From a virus (Duplodnaviria > Caudoviricetes): 64,000 bases of DNA. Made by a program: the position numbers and the translations under genes. Positions 37,468-48,526 of this stretch are shown one piece after another. Below the pieces are notes generated by a model, which did not search any database, had not been told where the DNA came from, and was given only the letters and a program-made list of their open reading frames with translations. The first letter of the stretch is position 1; each line of letters opens with the position of its first letter. Location of the stretch: positions 2,850-66,849 of the IMG/VR virus record IMGVR_UViG_3300027752_000013; one strand, 5' to 3'.

Positions 37468-38688
37468 ATGGCTTATTTTAATCATGCGTTTAACAAGACG
37501 TTTATTGCAGATAGCACGCTGGCAACAGGTGATACTGCAACAAGCGCACTTACCGCTGGTCAAGTAGCTTTAGTGAGTGATGCAACTTGGGCATCTGTAG
37601 CAATACCGGGAGCACCTGCAAAGGGAGCACTTGGCTACATTGTACAAGGTTCATTCTATACTAAAGATACTATTGGAAACAATCCAGGACACGGTGGGTA
37701 TCAAGAATCTGTAAAATCTAAAGGGATTAACCCAAGATATATTACAAGATTATGGAGTGCAACATGTCAGACTGCTGTACAAGCTACAGCTAGCTTATCT
37801 TTAGCATCTGATTGTGCACCATGTGGTAAAACACAATTTATGAGAATTGACGTGAAGGGATCTCCTGCACTAAGATTCTTAAACCACAATGCATATGCTA
37901 TTGGTGATTCTGCCAATGTATGTTGTATTGAAGGACAAGAATATATTGATCCAGCAGTAGTTGCTGCAACAATGGCTAAGATGGTTCTTGGAGATCCACT
38001 AATCAAGCCTTTTGTAGCTGAGAAAAGTGGTGGTGGTGTAGATGTAACCGTTACTACAGCTGGTGTAGGTACAACAAGTACTTATACAATTGCTGAAGTA
38101 TTAGACGGAACATATACTCCTTCTACTGATCCTAATGGAGTAAATAAAGTATCTGTAAAAGTAAACTTCGTTGGAGCTTATGTAGATACTGTATTTGGAA
38201 ATTGTTCTTTTGACACAAGAGATCACTTTAATGCTGAGCCAGTAGAAATCATTACTTCATTGTTAGATGAAACTGGTAACCCATGTAATGACTGTGGTGT
38301 ATCTGCAAGAACTGCAGGGCAAATGCAACAGACTCAAGGTGAAGAAGTAATTAGAGATTTAATTATGTCTGAAAGATACCGTCAGTCTCCTTATAACCAA
38401 GGAAATGCTGATAGTGCAAGATTCAGAGAAATTGAAATGTCTGATGAATTGCTTTCTGCTGTTGATAGAAGTGCAACTTACAAAGCATATTACGTACAAC
38501 ATTCTGTACCAAGATTTAACAATCCATCTGGAGTGTTTGATAATGATCAGTATGTATACAAGATTTTTGTAAAATGTTCTGATACTGCTGCTCAATTAGA
38601 AGCAGAAGTTTTAATGGAAGCTTTAGCAACCTGGGCTGATGGAACAGGAAACTATGTACCATTTGAAAAAAATATAGACGCAATTTAA
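37468..38688 (+). CDS. Structural protein, probable auxiliary capsid protein
   Basis: Own promoter motif and terminator; Ala/Gly/Thr-rich, YYVQHSVPRF near the C-terminus. Confidence 0.55.
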   Translation: MAYFNHAFNKTFIADSTLATGDTATSALTAGQVALVSDATWASVAIPGAPAKGALGYIVQGSFYTKDTIGNNPGHGGYQESVKSKGINPRYITRLWSATCQTAVQATASLSLASDCAPCGKTQFMRIDVKGSPALRFLNHNAYAIGDSANVCCIEGQEYIDPAVVAATMAKMVLGDPLIKPFVAEKSGGGVDVTVTTAGVGTTSTYTIAEVLDGTYTPSTDPNGVNKVSVKVNFVGAYVDTVFGNCSFDTRDHFNAEPVEIITSLLDETGNPCNDCGVSARTAGQMQQTQGEEVIRDLIMSERYRQSPYNQGNADSARFREIEMSDELLSAVDRSATYKAYYVQHSVPRFNNPSGVFDNDQYVYKIFVKCSDTAAQLEAEVLMEALATWADGTGNYVPFEKNIDAI

Positions 38689-38710
38689 AAAGTAACTATA
38701 TTTAAATAAT

Positions 38711-38746
38711 AGAGCAGGGGAGAAATCTCCTGCTCTTTTTATTTTA
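38711..38746 (+). terminator. Intrinsic terminator
   Basis: AGAGCAGGGG-AGAAAT-CTCCTGCTCT-TTTTATTTT. Confidence 0.8.
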
Positions 38747-38759
38747 TATTGTCTGTTAT

Positions 38760-38776
38760 TTTTTGTATATTATCTA
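38760..38776 (+). promoter_or_regulatory. Putative late promoter motif (TTTTTGTATATTATCTA)
   Basis: Recurrent motif directly after the terminator. Confidence 0.45.
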
Positions 38777-38800
38777 TATAGTCTAATAAAGTACTAAAAC

Positions 38801-39376
38801 ATGGCAAGCAAACATATATTAAGTTTAGAAATACCTACAGTATCAAACTGTGATTTATTGTGTATTAAAGATACAAGTCAATACAGTTCAGAGCTTGCTG
38901 TGGATTGTGAAGAACTATTAATTACACTACCTGGATTTAGTGTACCGGTACTTATAAAAGTAGATAAAGGATTTGACATGTGTTTGACTGCATGTATACT
39001 GGCATTACAAACATTAAATTGTGGTACATCTCAGGACAAAATTCCTGACGGAATATACATTGTTAAATATAGTGTGTCTCCTAACTCTAAAGTTTATGTG
39101 GAATATAACCATTTAAGAGTAACTAGATTGCTTACAACATACTATGAAGTGTTGTGTGATTTAGAAGTACAAGCGTGTCAACCAGATTCTGATAAACAGG
39201 AATTGTTATCAGAGATGAGTTTTATAAAAACTTTAATAGATGCAGCAGTAGCTAATGTAGAATATTGTCAATCTGCCGCACAAGGAATGCAACTATATAA
39301 TTATGCTAAAAGCAGATTAAACAAAATTGCTTGTCCTTCAGGAAACTGTGGATCAAGCTCAACATATTTAACATAA
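38801..39376 (+). CDS. Cys-rich structural protein (tail hub-like)
   Basis: IPDGIYIVKYSVSP Ig-like strand pattern plus helical C-terminus. Confidence 0.55.
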   Translation: MASKHILSLEIPTVSNCDLLCIKDTSQYSSELAVDCEELLITLPGFSVPVLIKVDKGFDMCLTACILALQTLNCGTSQDKIPDGIYIVKYSVSPNSKVYVEYNHLRVTRLLTTYYEVLCDLEVQACQPDSDKQELLSEMSFIKTLIDAAVANVEYCQSAAQGMQLYNYAKSRLNKIACPSGNCGSSSTYLT

Positions 39377-39386
39377 ACCAAACAAT

Positions 39387-39545
39387 ATGTCAAACTGTGC
39401 ACACTGTAATAAAAGATTCACCTGCGGGTGTCAAAAGACTTCAATAGGAAATGGGGTTATTGTATGTAAACAATGTAAAGATAAAGCTAATAACGTTAAT
39501 AAAGAATTAGCTAGATTACAGATACAAGATTTAAGAAATAAATAA
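39387..39545 (+). CDS. Small Cys-rich protein (52 aa, not in ORF track)
   Basis: MSNCAHCNKRFTCGCQK...VCKQCK; fills the gap exactly. Confidence 0.65.
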   Translation: MSNCAHCNKRFTCGCQKTSIGNGVIVCKQCKDKANNVNKELARLQIQDLRNK

Positions 39546-39546
39546 T

Positions 39547-40089
39547 ATGGCTAAAGCAATAAGATCATATTCTAATGCTGAACAAGTAAAAGAATTATCT
39601 CTACTAAAAAGAATTAAAGTAGAGCAAACTTTTGCTCAACAAGTATATGCAAATTTCCAGTCTATTAGATTTGGAATTGAAGCATGCTGTTATACAGATG
39701 TGGAACAAGCTATACTAAGAAAAGATATATGTGATTGGCAAAATGCAGCAAGTACAAAGATTGTAGTTGCTACAGAAGTACCAGGAGTATTTGTTGAACC
39801 TTTAGCAAAAATAAATTCAGAATCAAGTATATCATGTCCTTCAATTCCAACTAATGTATGTACTGTTTTAGATCTAGAATCTATTATTGGTGCAACAGGA
39901 ACATTTACAGAATGTTTTACAGATGATTCTAAACTATGGACTATAACACATAATTTAGGAAAATTTCCATCTGTTACTATAGTAGATGATAATAAAGAAG
40001 TAGTAATAGGAGCAATAGATTATAAATCTACAAACCAAGTTACTGTTTCTTTTAATAGTCCTTTAGATGGATGTGCATTTTTAAATTAA
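39547..40089 (+). CDS. Structural/fibre-associated protein
   Basis: C-terminal WTITHNLGKFPSVTIVD...VTVSF beta domain. Confidence 0.65.
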   Translation: MAKAIRSYSNAEQVKELSLLKRIKVEQTFAQQVYANFQSIRFGIEACCYTDVEQAILRKDICDWQNAASTKIVVATEVPGVFVEPLAKINSESSISCPSIPTNVCTVLDLESIIGATGTFTECFTDDSKLWTITHNLGKFPSVTIVDDNKEVVIGAIDYKSTNQVTVSFNSPLDGCAFLN

Positions 40090-40119
40090 ATAAATAACAA
40101 CAACTAAAATAAAAAAACA

Positions 40120-42525
40120 ATGGCAATTAAGTATTTAGTGGGTTTAGACGTTGATGGCAACATTGAGTTAAACTCAAATCAAATTAAGGAGGTCCGTATA
40201 GACAACCTTGCAGCTGACCCAACGGGATCCGCTGGTAGAATCTATTACAACACTAGTTCTACAAAATTAAGGTATTATAACGGAACTGCTTGGAATGATT
40301 TATCTTCTGCAACAGATACGAATACTACCTATGATCTATCAGGTGTTGGTGCATTAAATGGAACAGCGGGTGTAAGACTTGCAGGTTCAGATGGAACTAA
40401 TGATGATGTAATTATTACAGGTGCAGGTACAGTAGGAGTAACTAGAAGTGGTAATACACTTACAGTTACAGGAACTGATTCAGCAGCTGGAACAGTTACA
40501 AACGTGCTTGGAGGTACAGGAGTTACTGTCACAGGTACATCAACTGTAACACCAACTGTAAACATTACATATAGTGGTGTAGCGAATGCTATCTTAGAAG
40601 CAACCCAACAAGCTATTACAGAGGAAGACTATTTATGGTATTCAGCTGCAGCAGATAATGTTATCTATAAAGAAGTACTATCTAAATTTCCTGGTTTTGG
40701 AAAAGATGGTACAGTTACTTCTGTAGGATCTGGAGCAGGTTTAACAGGTGGAACAATTACTGGTTCTGGTACATTAGAAGTAGACTATGTAGGAGCAGAT
40801 AACATTATATTAGCAGCAGCTGATGGTGTTACAACACCAATTACTGTTGCTTCAACGGATAAAATAATTGTAAGTGATGATACTGATAGCAATGTTAAAT
40901 TTGTAAATATATCTCAAATTACTGCAGCAATTGGTGGTGGTACTGTAACAAGTATTGATGTAAGTGGTGGAACAACTGGATTAACTACTTCAGGTGGGGC
41001 AGTTACTACATCAGGAACAATAACATTAGCTGGTACATTAATTGCTGGAAACGGTGGTACTGGACAAAGTGTTTATACTGTAGGAGATATTCTATATGCT
41101 AGTGCAACAGGTACTCTAAGTAAATTAGGTATTGGATCAACTGGACAAGTATTAAAAGTAGCATCAGGTATTCCATCATGGGCAACAGATGCTAATGCAG
41201 GAGGAACCGTAACAAGCATAGGTATTACAACTCCAGGTACTGCTCTTACAATTACAAATACACCTATTACTACATCAGGAGATATTGATATTGCAGGTGC
41301 TGGTAATAACACACAAGTAATTTTAGGTGATTTAACTCTAGGGTCTTATACACAAGGTACAGTAACAAGTGTTGCTACAGGTGCAGGTCTTAAGGGTGGA
41401 ACAATAACAGCTACAGGTACAGTTGAAGTTGATTATGGAACAAGCGGTCTTATACAAGATGCTCCATTAATGGGACAAACACCAGTGTCTGATGACTTAA
41501 TATTAATACAAGATGTTGCAAGTGGTACAGGTGTAACAGCTAAACAACCATTTGGTAAGGTTTCATTATCTGTATTTGATTCACCTTCTGCTGATTTAAG
41601 TTTTGGAGCCTTCAAACTTATAACTTTAGCAAATGGTACAGCATCAAAGGATGCAGTTAACTTAGGACAAGTACAAGCACTTGTAGCCGGAGTTGGTGTA
41701 TTCCAAGGTGGATATGACGCATCTGCAAACTCACCAGCAATAGCAGGAGCAAGTAATATTGCTCTTACAACGGGTGATTTCTTTGTTGTTACTAAAGATG
41801 GTACTATAGCATTTAATGGAAGCACGGTAGACGTAGAGGTTGGTGATACAATTTATGCTAATCAAGCAATTGGAGCAGGTTCTAATCCTCCAGCTTCAGA
41901 TTATGCTATAGTAATACAAGATCAAAACATTGCGGGTGTAGGTGCTACAGATGGAGCAACTGAAAAAGGTGTTGCTGGATTTAGTAGTGCAACTTTTGCT
42001 GGTACAGCAACTGGATTCATTACTGTTAAAGCAGGTGGAATTAGTGATGCTCAACTAGCAAGTACATTCAATAAGATTATTGGTACTGACTTAGATCTTG
42101 ATACTAGTGCTGTAGATGTAGTTGATCAGATTAATGTTACTGATGGTGTTATCACATCAATGAGTAAAAGAACATTACCTAATGCTGCAACAGGATCAGT
42201 TGGTGTTACAGAGATAGCAACACAAGCTGAAGTAGATGCAGGAACAGATACATTTAGATATGTAACTCCAGCAACATTAGCAAGTGCTCAATCTAAACAA
42301 TCATATACAGGGTTATGGCCAAGTGCAAATGCAACATCTTGGAAGGTGTTGAATTCTGATCATAGCTTAGGCAATGGACCTTTTATTATTCAAACTTATA
42401 CAAGTAGTGGTGATCAAATATTTATGGATGTCAACATGAATATTACCAATGGAGATATAACATTTACAGCTGCTAAAACTGTAACTGCTAATAGTGTAAG
42501 AGTTGTGATGCAGGTTATTGATTAA
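40120..42525 (+). CDS. Tail fibre protein
   Basis: Repeated GTVTSV..G.GL.GG.IT..GT motifs, DAVNLGQ, EIATQAEV. Confidence 0.8.
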   Translation: MAIKYLVGLDVDGNIELNSNQIKEVRIDNLAADPTGSAGRIYYNTSSTKLRYYNGTAWNDLSSATDTNTTYDLSGVGALNGTAGVRLAGSDGTNDDVIITGAGTVGVTRSGNTLTVTGTDSAAGTVTNVLGGTGVTVTGTSTVTPTVNITYSGVANAILEATQQAITEEDYLWYSAAADNVIYKEVLSKFPGFGKDGTVTSVGSGAGLTGGTITGSGTLEVDYVGADNIILAAADGVTTPITVASTDKIIVSDDTDSNVKFVNISQITAAIGGGTVTSIDVSGGTTGLTTSGGAVTTSGTITLAGTLIAGNGGTGQSVYTVGDILYASATGTLSKLGIGSTGQVLKVASGIPSWATDANAGGTVTSIGITTPGTALTITNTPITTSGDIDIAGAGNNTQVILGDLTLGSYTQGTVTSVATGAGLKGGTITATGTVEVDYGTSGLIQDAPLMGQTPVSDDLILIQDVASGTGVTAKQPFGKVSLSVFDSPSADLSFGAFKLITLANGTASKDAVNLGQVQALVAGVGVFQGGYDASANSPAIAGASNIALTTGDFFVVTKDGTIAFNGSTVDVEVGDTIYANQAIGAGSNPPASDYAIVIQDQNIAGVGATDGATEKGVAGFSSATFAGTATGFITVKAGGISDAQLASTFNKIIGTDLDLDTSAVDVVDQINVTDGVITSMSKRTLPNAATGSVGVTEIATQAEVDAGTDTFRYVTPATLASAQSKQSYTGLWPSANATSWKVLNSDHSLGNGPFIIQTYTSSGDQIFMDVNMNITNGDITFTAAKTVTANSVRVVMQVID

Positions 42526-42538
42526 TTAAATTAAATTT

Positions 42539-42582
42539 AGAGGGATTCTTGAATTTAAACATTTAAGAATTCCTCTTTTTTT
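42539..42582 (+). terminator. Intrinsic terminator
   Basis: AGAGGGATTCTTGAAT...ATTTAAGAATTCCTCT-TTTTTT. Confidence 0.7.
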
Positions 42583-42615
42583 AAAAAGTAGTATATTTAC
42601 ATTTTATAAAAAGAC

Positions 42616-45600
42616 ATGGCAAAAATAATTAGTAATCTACAAGTTGAAGGGAATGTACAAATGGATACAATGGCTAATGCTACTGTAGACACAAATCACT
42701 TTGTAGTAAGTGATGGGGGTATATTAAAATACCGTACTGGGGCTCAACTAAGATCTGATATTGGAGCTGGAACAGGAAGTGGTTCTGTTACATCTATTAC
42801 AGTAACTGGATCAAATGGTTTATCTGGAACAGGTACAATTACTTCTTCTGGAACAATTACTTTATCAAATTCTGATAGAGGTTCTTCTCAAGCAATTTAT
42901 AAAAATGTAGTAGCTGATTCCGGTGGAACAGCAACTGCTAATAGTAATAATGATACCCTTACTATAACAGGTGGTAAAAATGTCAGCACGGTTAGAAGTG
43001 GTGATACTATTACAATTATTGCTACAGATACAGATACAAATAATTATGTTAGTTCCGTAAGTTTTAATACTTCTAATGGAATATTAACATTAAACAGATC
43101 AGGGCTTAGTGCCCTTACTGTAGATTTAGATGGAAAATATGTTGATCTAACATCTAACCAAACTGTAGCAGGTGACAAGATATTTACAGGCACCACTACA
43201 CTTAAAAATGCATATCAAGCTTATCATCAAGTAGCTACAGGTGATTATTATTATGATTCATATGATGGTTCTAAAAACTTAAGATGGTTAGTACAAGGAG
43301 CTAAGTCTGATATAATTAGATATCAATCCTATAGCAATACAGAGTATTGGAATGGTTCATCTTGGGTTTCATGGACTCAAACTACCATGTTTAATAATAT
43401 ATTAGATGGCCAAAAATCTACAAGTTCTGGGGGTTCCATTACAAATACAACTAAAAAATTTAGATTTGAAGTTCAATCAAACACTGGATGGCCAACTACT
43501 GCTATATTATGGGTTGAAACTTCTTGGACTGGAGCAGCATGGCCCGGTCTTAATGTTGAAATAGAAGAGTGGGATACTGCTACTAGTTCTTGGTCTACAA
43601 ACCCTGGAGCCAATGCAGCATTTACGTCTGCTAACGGTGTTACCAATTGGGGTTTAATGGGGCATGTTGTTACTTCATTACACACAGGTGATAGTCTTAC
43701 TAGGATCACATTAGATTTTGGGGCAATGCCTACAAGTGGTGGTTATCAAACAGTACCATTGTTAAATGTAATGATTACATCTAACTTTTCAGGACTTGAT
43801 AATACTGTATTTCCTTTTACCGTAGACTATAATAAAAACCTTACAACAACAGGTAATTTTTATGGAGCTGGAGGTAACTCAACAGAGTGGAATTCTGCAT
43901 ATGACAACACAATTAATAAACTTGCCGTAACAGGAACAACAACTAAAACATTAACTGCCACACAAAATGATGGTGGTACACTAACTACATCTTGGGCAGA
44001 TGTTAATACAGATACTAATAACTATGTTAGTGCTGTAGCATTTAATACAACTAATGGTATTTTAACTTTATCACGTAGCGGCCTTACAGCCCTTACAGTT
44101 GATTTGGACGGTAGATATTTAACATCTGCATCTAATTACTATTTGGATGGTATAAGTAAATCAGGTAATACACTTACATTTAGTGTTAGCGGTACCACAA
44201 ATCAAACATATACATTTGGAGGCAATGCCTTTAATAGTACTACAATTTATGCTGAGCCAGGTATATATAGTGGTGGTGGTACACCAACTTTAGCTTCAGG
44301 TGTAACTGGAGCAGAAGTAAGATCTTTAATTGGTGCTGGTACTTCCAGTTTAGTGATTGGTACAACTGCATCTACAGCAATGGCAGGTAATACAACAACT
44401 ATTACTTCTCAACAGGCAACAGATATTGCAAATAACAATAAGAAAGTAACTGATTCTGGAGTACCAGCAGTAACATCTAATGGTAGCACACCAGCATTAA
44501 ACACTGGAATAAGTGCTGCAGAAATGAGAAGTCTTATTGGAGCAGGAACAGGATCATCTAATTTAGTATTAGGAACTACATCAACAACAGCAAAGAGAGG
44601 TGATACTACAACTATAACTTCTACTCAAGCATCAAACATTCTTACTAATAATGGTAAAGTAAGTGACACAGGTACACCTGCAGTCTTATCAAATGGGACT
44701 ACTCCTTCACTAAATTCTGGAATATCAGCTAGTGAAATGAGAGTTCTTATAGGAGCTGGTACATCTAGTCTTACAATAGGCACAACCTCATCAACTGCAA
44801 AAGCAGGTAACACAACAACAATAACAGGTGCTCAAGCAACTGCTATTACAAACAACTCTGCTAAAGTATCTGATACAGGCACACCAGCAATTCTATCTAA
44901 TGGAGCAACACCTACGTTAAACTCAGGTATATCTGCTGCTGAAGTAAGAAGCCTTATTGGAGCAGGTACTTCAAGTAGTGCAGGAGTTACAAGTGTAAGC
45001 GGTACTGCAAATAGAATTTCTGTTACGGCAGGTGCTACACCAACGGTAAATGCAATTACAGGTACAGTAACTTCTTCTTCTGCTAATTTAGCAACAGGTG
45101 CTCAGATACAAACAGCTATTAATTCAGCTGTAACAGGAGTATTAAAATATAAAGGAACTTGGGACGCTGCTGGAAATATTCCAACACTAATAAGTGCAAA
45201 GGGAACTGTTGGTGAATACTATATTGTTTCTAAAGCTGGATCAACAAATTTAGATGGAATTACAGATTGGGCAGTTGGTGACTGGGCTGTATTCTCTGAT
45301 CAAGCTACAGACGCTTGGCAGAAAATAGATAACACTCAAGTAGGTAACGTAACAGGTAGTGGTTCATCAGGAAGAGTTGCATATTGGAATGGATCAACTA
45401 ATGTAACAAGTGATGCAGGATTAACATTTAATGGCAGTACAAATGCTTTAACTGTTAGTGGTGCAGTAACCTGGAGTGGTGGTGGATCAACAGAATCTAA
45501 TGCTGCATATGATAATAGTATTACAGGATTTTCTGATAGTGGATCTTCAACAAAGACTTTAACATTAACACAACAAGATGGTGGTACTTTAACTACATCA

Positions 45601-48027
45601 TTTAGTATACCACAAGGAACTACAACGCCAAGTAGCACAGAGACTTTTACAAATAAAAGTGGTGCTATATCTCAATGGACTAATGATAGTGGTTACAAGA
45701 CAACAGATAATAATACAACTTATTCTGCAGGTTCGGGTATAACATTAACAGGTACTGTATTCAGTAACGCATCTCCTAATGTTGTTCAAACAACAATAAC
45801 AGGTAATGCAGGATCTGCAACTAAGCTATTAAATGCTAGAACAATTTCAGGAGTATCTTTTAATGGTACTGCTAATATTACGTTGAACAATAGCAACATA
45901 ACTAACGGTGCCGGTTATACAACTAACACCGGTGATATAACTTCAGTAGGTGCAGGGACATTTTTAACAGGTGGAGGAACATCAGGGGCTGTAACGCTTA
46001 ATGTTAGCGCAACATCTGGAGCTACAGCAAGCACATTAGTTTCTAGAGATAGTGCTGCTGATATTAGTGCAAGATTATTTAGAGCTAATTATGCTAATCA
46101 ATCTACAATAAGCGGAGCAATAGCTTTTAGAGTTAGTAATGGATCAGATAATTACCTACGTTACTGTAGTAGTCCTTCAGCTATTAGAGCTTTTATAGGA
46201 GCAGGAACTGGAACTAGTAATTTAGTAATAGGTACTACCTCTACTACAGCTAAGGCTGGTAATATAACAACTATATCTAGTACACAAGCAGCAAATATTG
46301 TTACTAACAATGGTAAAGTATCAAACATTGTGCAAACAACTGTTAGTGGCAATGCAGGTAGTGCAACTAAGTTATTAAATGCTAGACTCATTGCAGGTGT
46401 TTCTTTTAATGGAACCGCTAACATTGCATTGAATAATGCTAACATTACTAACGGTGCGGGCTATGTTACCAAAGATACTAACACAACTTATACTGCAGGA
46501 ACAGGTTTAGCATTAACAGGAACAGTATTTAGCAATACAATTACCAACAATAATCAGTTAACTAATGGAAACGGATACCTAACTTCTACAAACGATAGAG
46601 TATATATTACAGATAGTAGGGGTTCACAAAGACCACCATCTTACTACAATGACAGATATGCTCAATGGGATTTCCAAAGCAGTGCTGATACAGGTGGAGG
46701 TGGAGATGGATGGCACGCAATTGAAACTATATCTAAGTGGTCATCTTGGAATGCAAGTCATAGACAAGAGCAGTTATTATTTACAGGAGATAATTTAAAA
46801 AGACGTACAGCTACCAGTGATACAACATGGGGCACTATAAAAACTGTTTATGATAGTGGGAACCTTACTCTAGGAACATTAGGATTCACAGGAGCAACTA
46901 ACGCAAACTATATTACTGATAACAAGCAATTAACTAATGGTGCGGGTTATATAACTTCATACGTTAACACAACATATACGGCAGGTACAGGATTATCATT
47001 AGTTGGTACTCAGTTTAGAAATACCTCTCCTAATATTGTTCAGACTACAATTTCTGGTAATGCAGGTACAGCTACAACTTTTAGCACTAGTAGAACAAAT
47101 TATAAAGGAGCTACAGATAACGCAGTCATTGGTCAAATGATGTGGAAAAACTACGGTAATAACCACACCATATTTGATGCATCAAATAGCACAACACCAA
47201 CAGGTGTGTCTAAAAACAACACAAATCCAGACGTTGTTTGGAGTGCTAGCTATCCAACTTTGATGGGGTATAATGGATCTAACACATATGGTGTCAGAGT
47301 TGATAGTTCTAGATACGCAGATCAATTAAAAACAAGTAGAACAATAGCAGGTGTAAGTTTTAATGGAGCTTCTAATATATCTTTAGACAATAAAAATATT
47401 ACCAATGGTGCAGGGTATACTACTAATACAGGTGATATTACTGGAGTAACTGCTGGAACAGGAATGTCTGGTGGAGGTACTTCAGGTACTGTTACATTAA
47501 ACTGTACTATTGATACTCCGGCAGAAGTTGGCTTAGGTAATCTATCATCTAATGGTAATGTTGTTGCTGGTAATTTCACAGTAGGTGGAAGTTTATACGT
47601 ACCAAGTGCAATTTATCATACGGGTGATACAAATACATACATGCAGTTTCATGCAGCTGATCAGTGGAGAGTAGTTACAGGTGGCGTTGAAAGATTAGAA
47701 GCAAATAATACACAAGTAAGTGTTACAGGTAATTTTGTAGCAAGTGGTAATGTAACTGCATACTCAGATGAAAGGCTTAAAACAAACATAGAGACTATTC
47801 CTAATGCACTAGAGAAGGTTAATGCATTAAGAGGTGTTACCTTTGATAAAGACGGTGAACGTGGCTTAGGTGTCATTGCACAGGAAGTAGAGAAAGTTTT
47901 ACCAGAAGTTGTATTAGAAGGAGAAGAATATAAATCTGTTGCCTACGGTAACATTGTGGGTGTACTAATTGAAGCGGTTAAAGAACTTACTAAGGAAGTA
48001 GAAGATCTTAAAAAACAATTAAAGTAA
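42616..48027 (+). CDS. Long tail fibre with C-terminal intramolecular chaperone (peptidase S74)
   Basis: T/G/S/N-rich repeats; AYSDERLKTNI...GVIAQEVE...VAYGN...LIEAVKEL. Confidence 0.9.
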   Translation: MAKIISNLQVEGNVQMDTMANATVDTNHFVVSDGGILKYRTGAQLRSDIGAGTGSGSVTSITVTGSNGLSGTGTITSSGTITLSNSDRGSSQAIYKNVVADSGGTATANSNNDTLTITGGKNVSTVRSGDTITIIATDTDTNNYVSSVSFNTSNGILTLNRSGLSALTVDLDGKYVDLTSNQTVAGDKIFTGTTTLKNAYQAYHQVATGDYYYDSYDGSKNLRWLVQGAKSDIIRYQSYSNTEYWNGSSWVSWTQTTMFNNILDGQKSTSSGGSITNTTKKFRFEVQSNTGWPTTAILWVETSWTGAAWPGLNVEIEEWDTATSSWSTNPGANAAFTSANGVTNWGLMGHVVTSLHTGDSLTRITLDFGAMPTSGGYQTVPLLNVMITSNFSGLDNTVFPFTVDYNKNLTTTGNFYGAGGNSTEWNSAYDNTINKLAVTGTTTKTLTATQNDGGTLTTSWADVNTDTNNYVSAVAFNTTNGILTLSRSGLTALTVDLDGRYLTSASNYYLDGISKSGNTLTFSVSGTTNQTYTFGGNAFNSTTIYAEPGIYSGGGTPTLASGVTGAEVRSLIGAGTSSLVIGTTASTAMAGNTTTITSQQATDIANNNKKVTDSGVPAVTSNGSTPALNTGISAAEMRSLIGAGTGSSNLVLGTTSTTAKRGDTTTITSTQASNILTNNGKVSDTGTPAVLSNGTTPSLNSGISASEMRVLIGAGTSSLTIGTTSSTAKAGNTTTITGAQATAITNNSAKVSDTGTPAILSNGATPTLNSGISAAEVRSLIGAGTSSSAGVTSVSGTANRISVTAGATPTVNAITGTVTSSSANLATGAQIQTAINSAVTGVLKYKGTWDAAGNIPTLISAKGTVGEYYIVSKAGSTNLDGITDWAVGDWAVFSDQATDAWQKIDNTQVGNVTGSGSSGRVAYWNGSTNVTSDAGLTFNGSTNALTVSGAVTWSGGGSTESNAAYDNSITGFSDSGSSTKTLTLTQQDGGTLTTSFSIPQGTTTPSSTETFTNKSGAISQWTNDSGYKTTDNNTTYSAGSGITLTGTVFSNASPNVVQTTITGNAGSATKLLNARTISGVSFNGTANITLNNSNITNGAGYTTNTGDITSVGAGTFLTGGGTSGAVTLNVSATSGATASTLVSRDSAADISARLFRANYANQSTISGAIAFRVSNGSDNYLRYCSSPSAIRAFIGAGTGTSNLVIGTTSTTAKAGNITTISSTQAANIVTNNGKVSNIVQTTVSGNAGSATKLLNARLIAGVSFNGTANIALNNANITNGAGYVTKDTNTTYTAGTGLALTGTVFSNTITNNNQLTNGNGYLTSTNDRVYITDSRGSQRPPSYYNDRYAQWDFQSSADTGGGGDGWHAIETISKWSSWNASHRQEQLLFTGDNLKRRTATSDTTWGTIKTVYDSGNLTLGTLGFTGATNANYITDNKQLTNGAGYITSYVNTTYTAGTGLSLVGTQFRNTSPNIVQTTISGNAGTATTFSTSRTNYKGATDNAVIGQMMWKNYGNNHTIFDASNSTTPTGVSKNNTNPDVVWSASYPTLMGYNGSNTYGVRVDSSRYADQLKTSRTIAGVSFNGASNISLDNKNITNGAGYTTNTGDITGVTAGTGMSGGGTSGTVTLNCTIDTPAEVGLGNLSSNGNVVAGNFTVGGSLYVPSAIYHTGDTNTYMQFHAADQWRVVTGGVERLEANNTQVSVTGNFVASGNVTAYSDERLKTNIETIPNALEKVNALRGVTFDKDGERGLGVIAQEVEKVLPEVVLEGEEYKSVAYGNIVGVLIEAVKELTKEVEDLKKQLK

Positions 48028-48028
48028 A

Positions 48029-48517
48029 ATGGCAGTTCCAGCATCAGGCACATTAACAATGCTAGGTTTAGCAAGAGAAAGAAAAGTAGGTAACTATAAT
48101 AGTACAGTAACTCTTTTTTATCCTATTTTGATGACTGATTTAATTAATGGTGGTGGACTAAATAGTTTTCCAGCATTAAATGTTAATAGCCCATCTAAAC
48201 CTAATACATCAACACCTCATTCAATGAGTGAGTGGTATAGTTATGATCAAGACTATGCACCACCAGCAGAATGTGAAGTTATAGAGTTGCGCTTTACTCA
48301 AAAGTATAGATCTGGACAAGATGCGTGTTTTGCAGGGTCTGTAGAAGTATATAGCAACAATCCAGGTCAAAACTGGATAGCAGGACAACTATTTTCTGAT
48401 GGTGATTGTAAAGTAGGAGTATATGCAACAAGTGGTGCGTATTCAGATGGTCAAAGTTGGGGAGTATGGGATAGTGTTAAAGGGAACTTTTCCTCAGTAG
48501 GTTTTTGTCAATTTTAA
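48029..48517 (+). CDS. Putative fibre-tip adhesin
   Basis: MAVPASGTLTM...SMSEWYSY N-terminal module typical of gp38-like tip proteins after S74 fibres. Confidence 0.55.
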   Translation: MAVPASGTLTMLGLARERKVGNYNSTVTLFYPILMTDLINGGGLNSFPALNVNSPSKPNTSTPHSMSEWYSYDQDYAPPAECEVIELRFTQKYRSGQDACFAGSVEVYSNNPGQNWIAGQLFSDGDCKVGVYATSGAYSDGQSWGVWDSVKGNFSSVGFCQF

Positions 48518-48526
48518 AAATACATT

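Noticed and set aside
42616-48517. Diversity-generating retroelement acting on fibre genes
   Set aside because: No reverse transcriptase in the window and no near-identical TR/VR pair differing at adenines was seen; fibre repeats differ at synonymous positions
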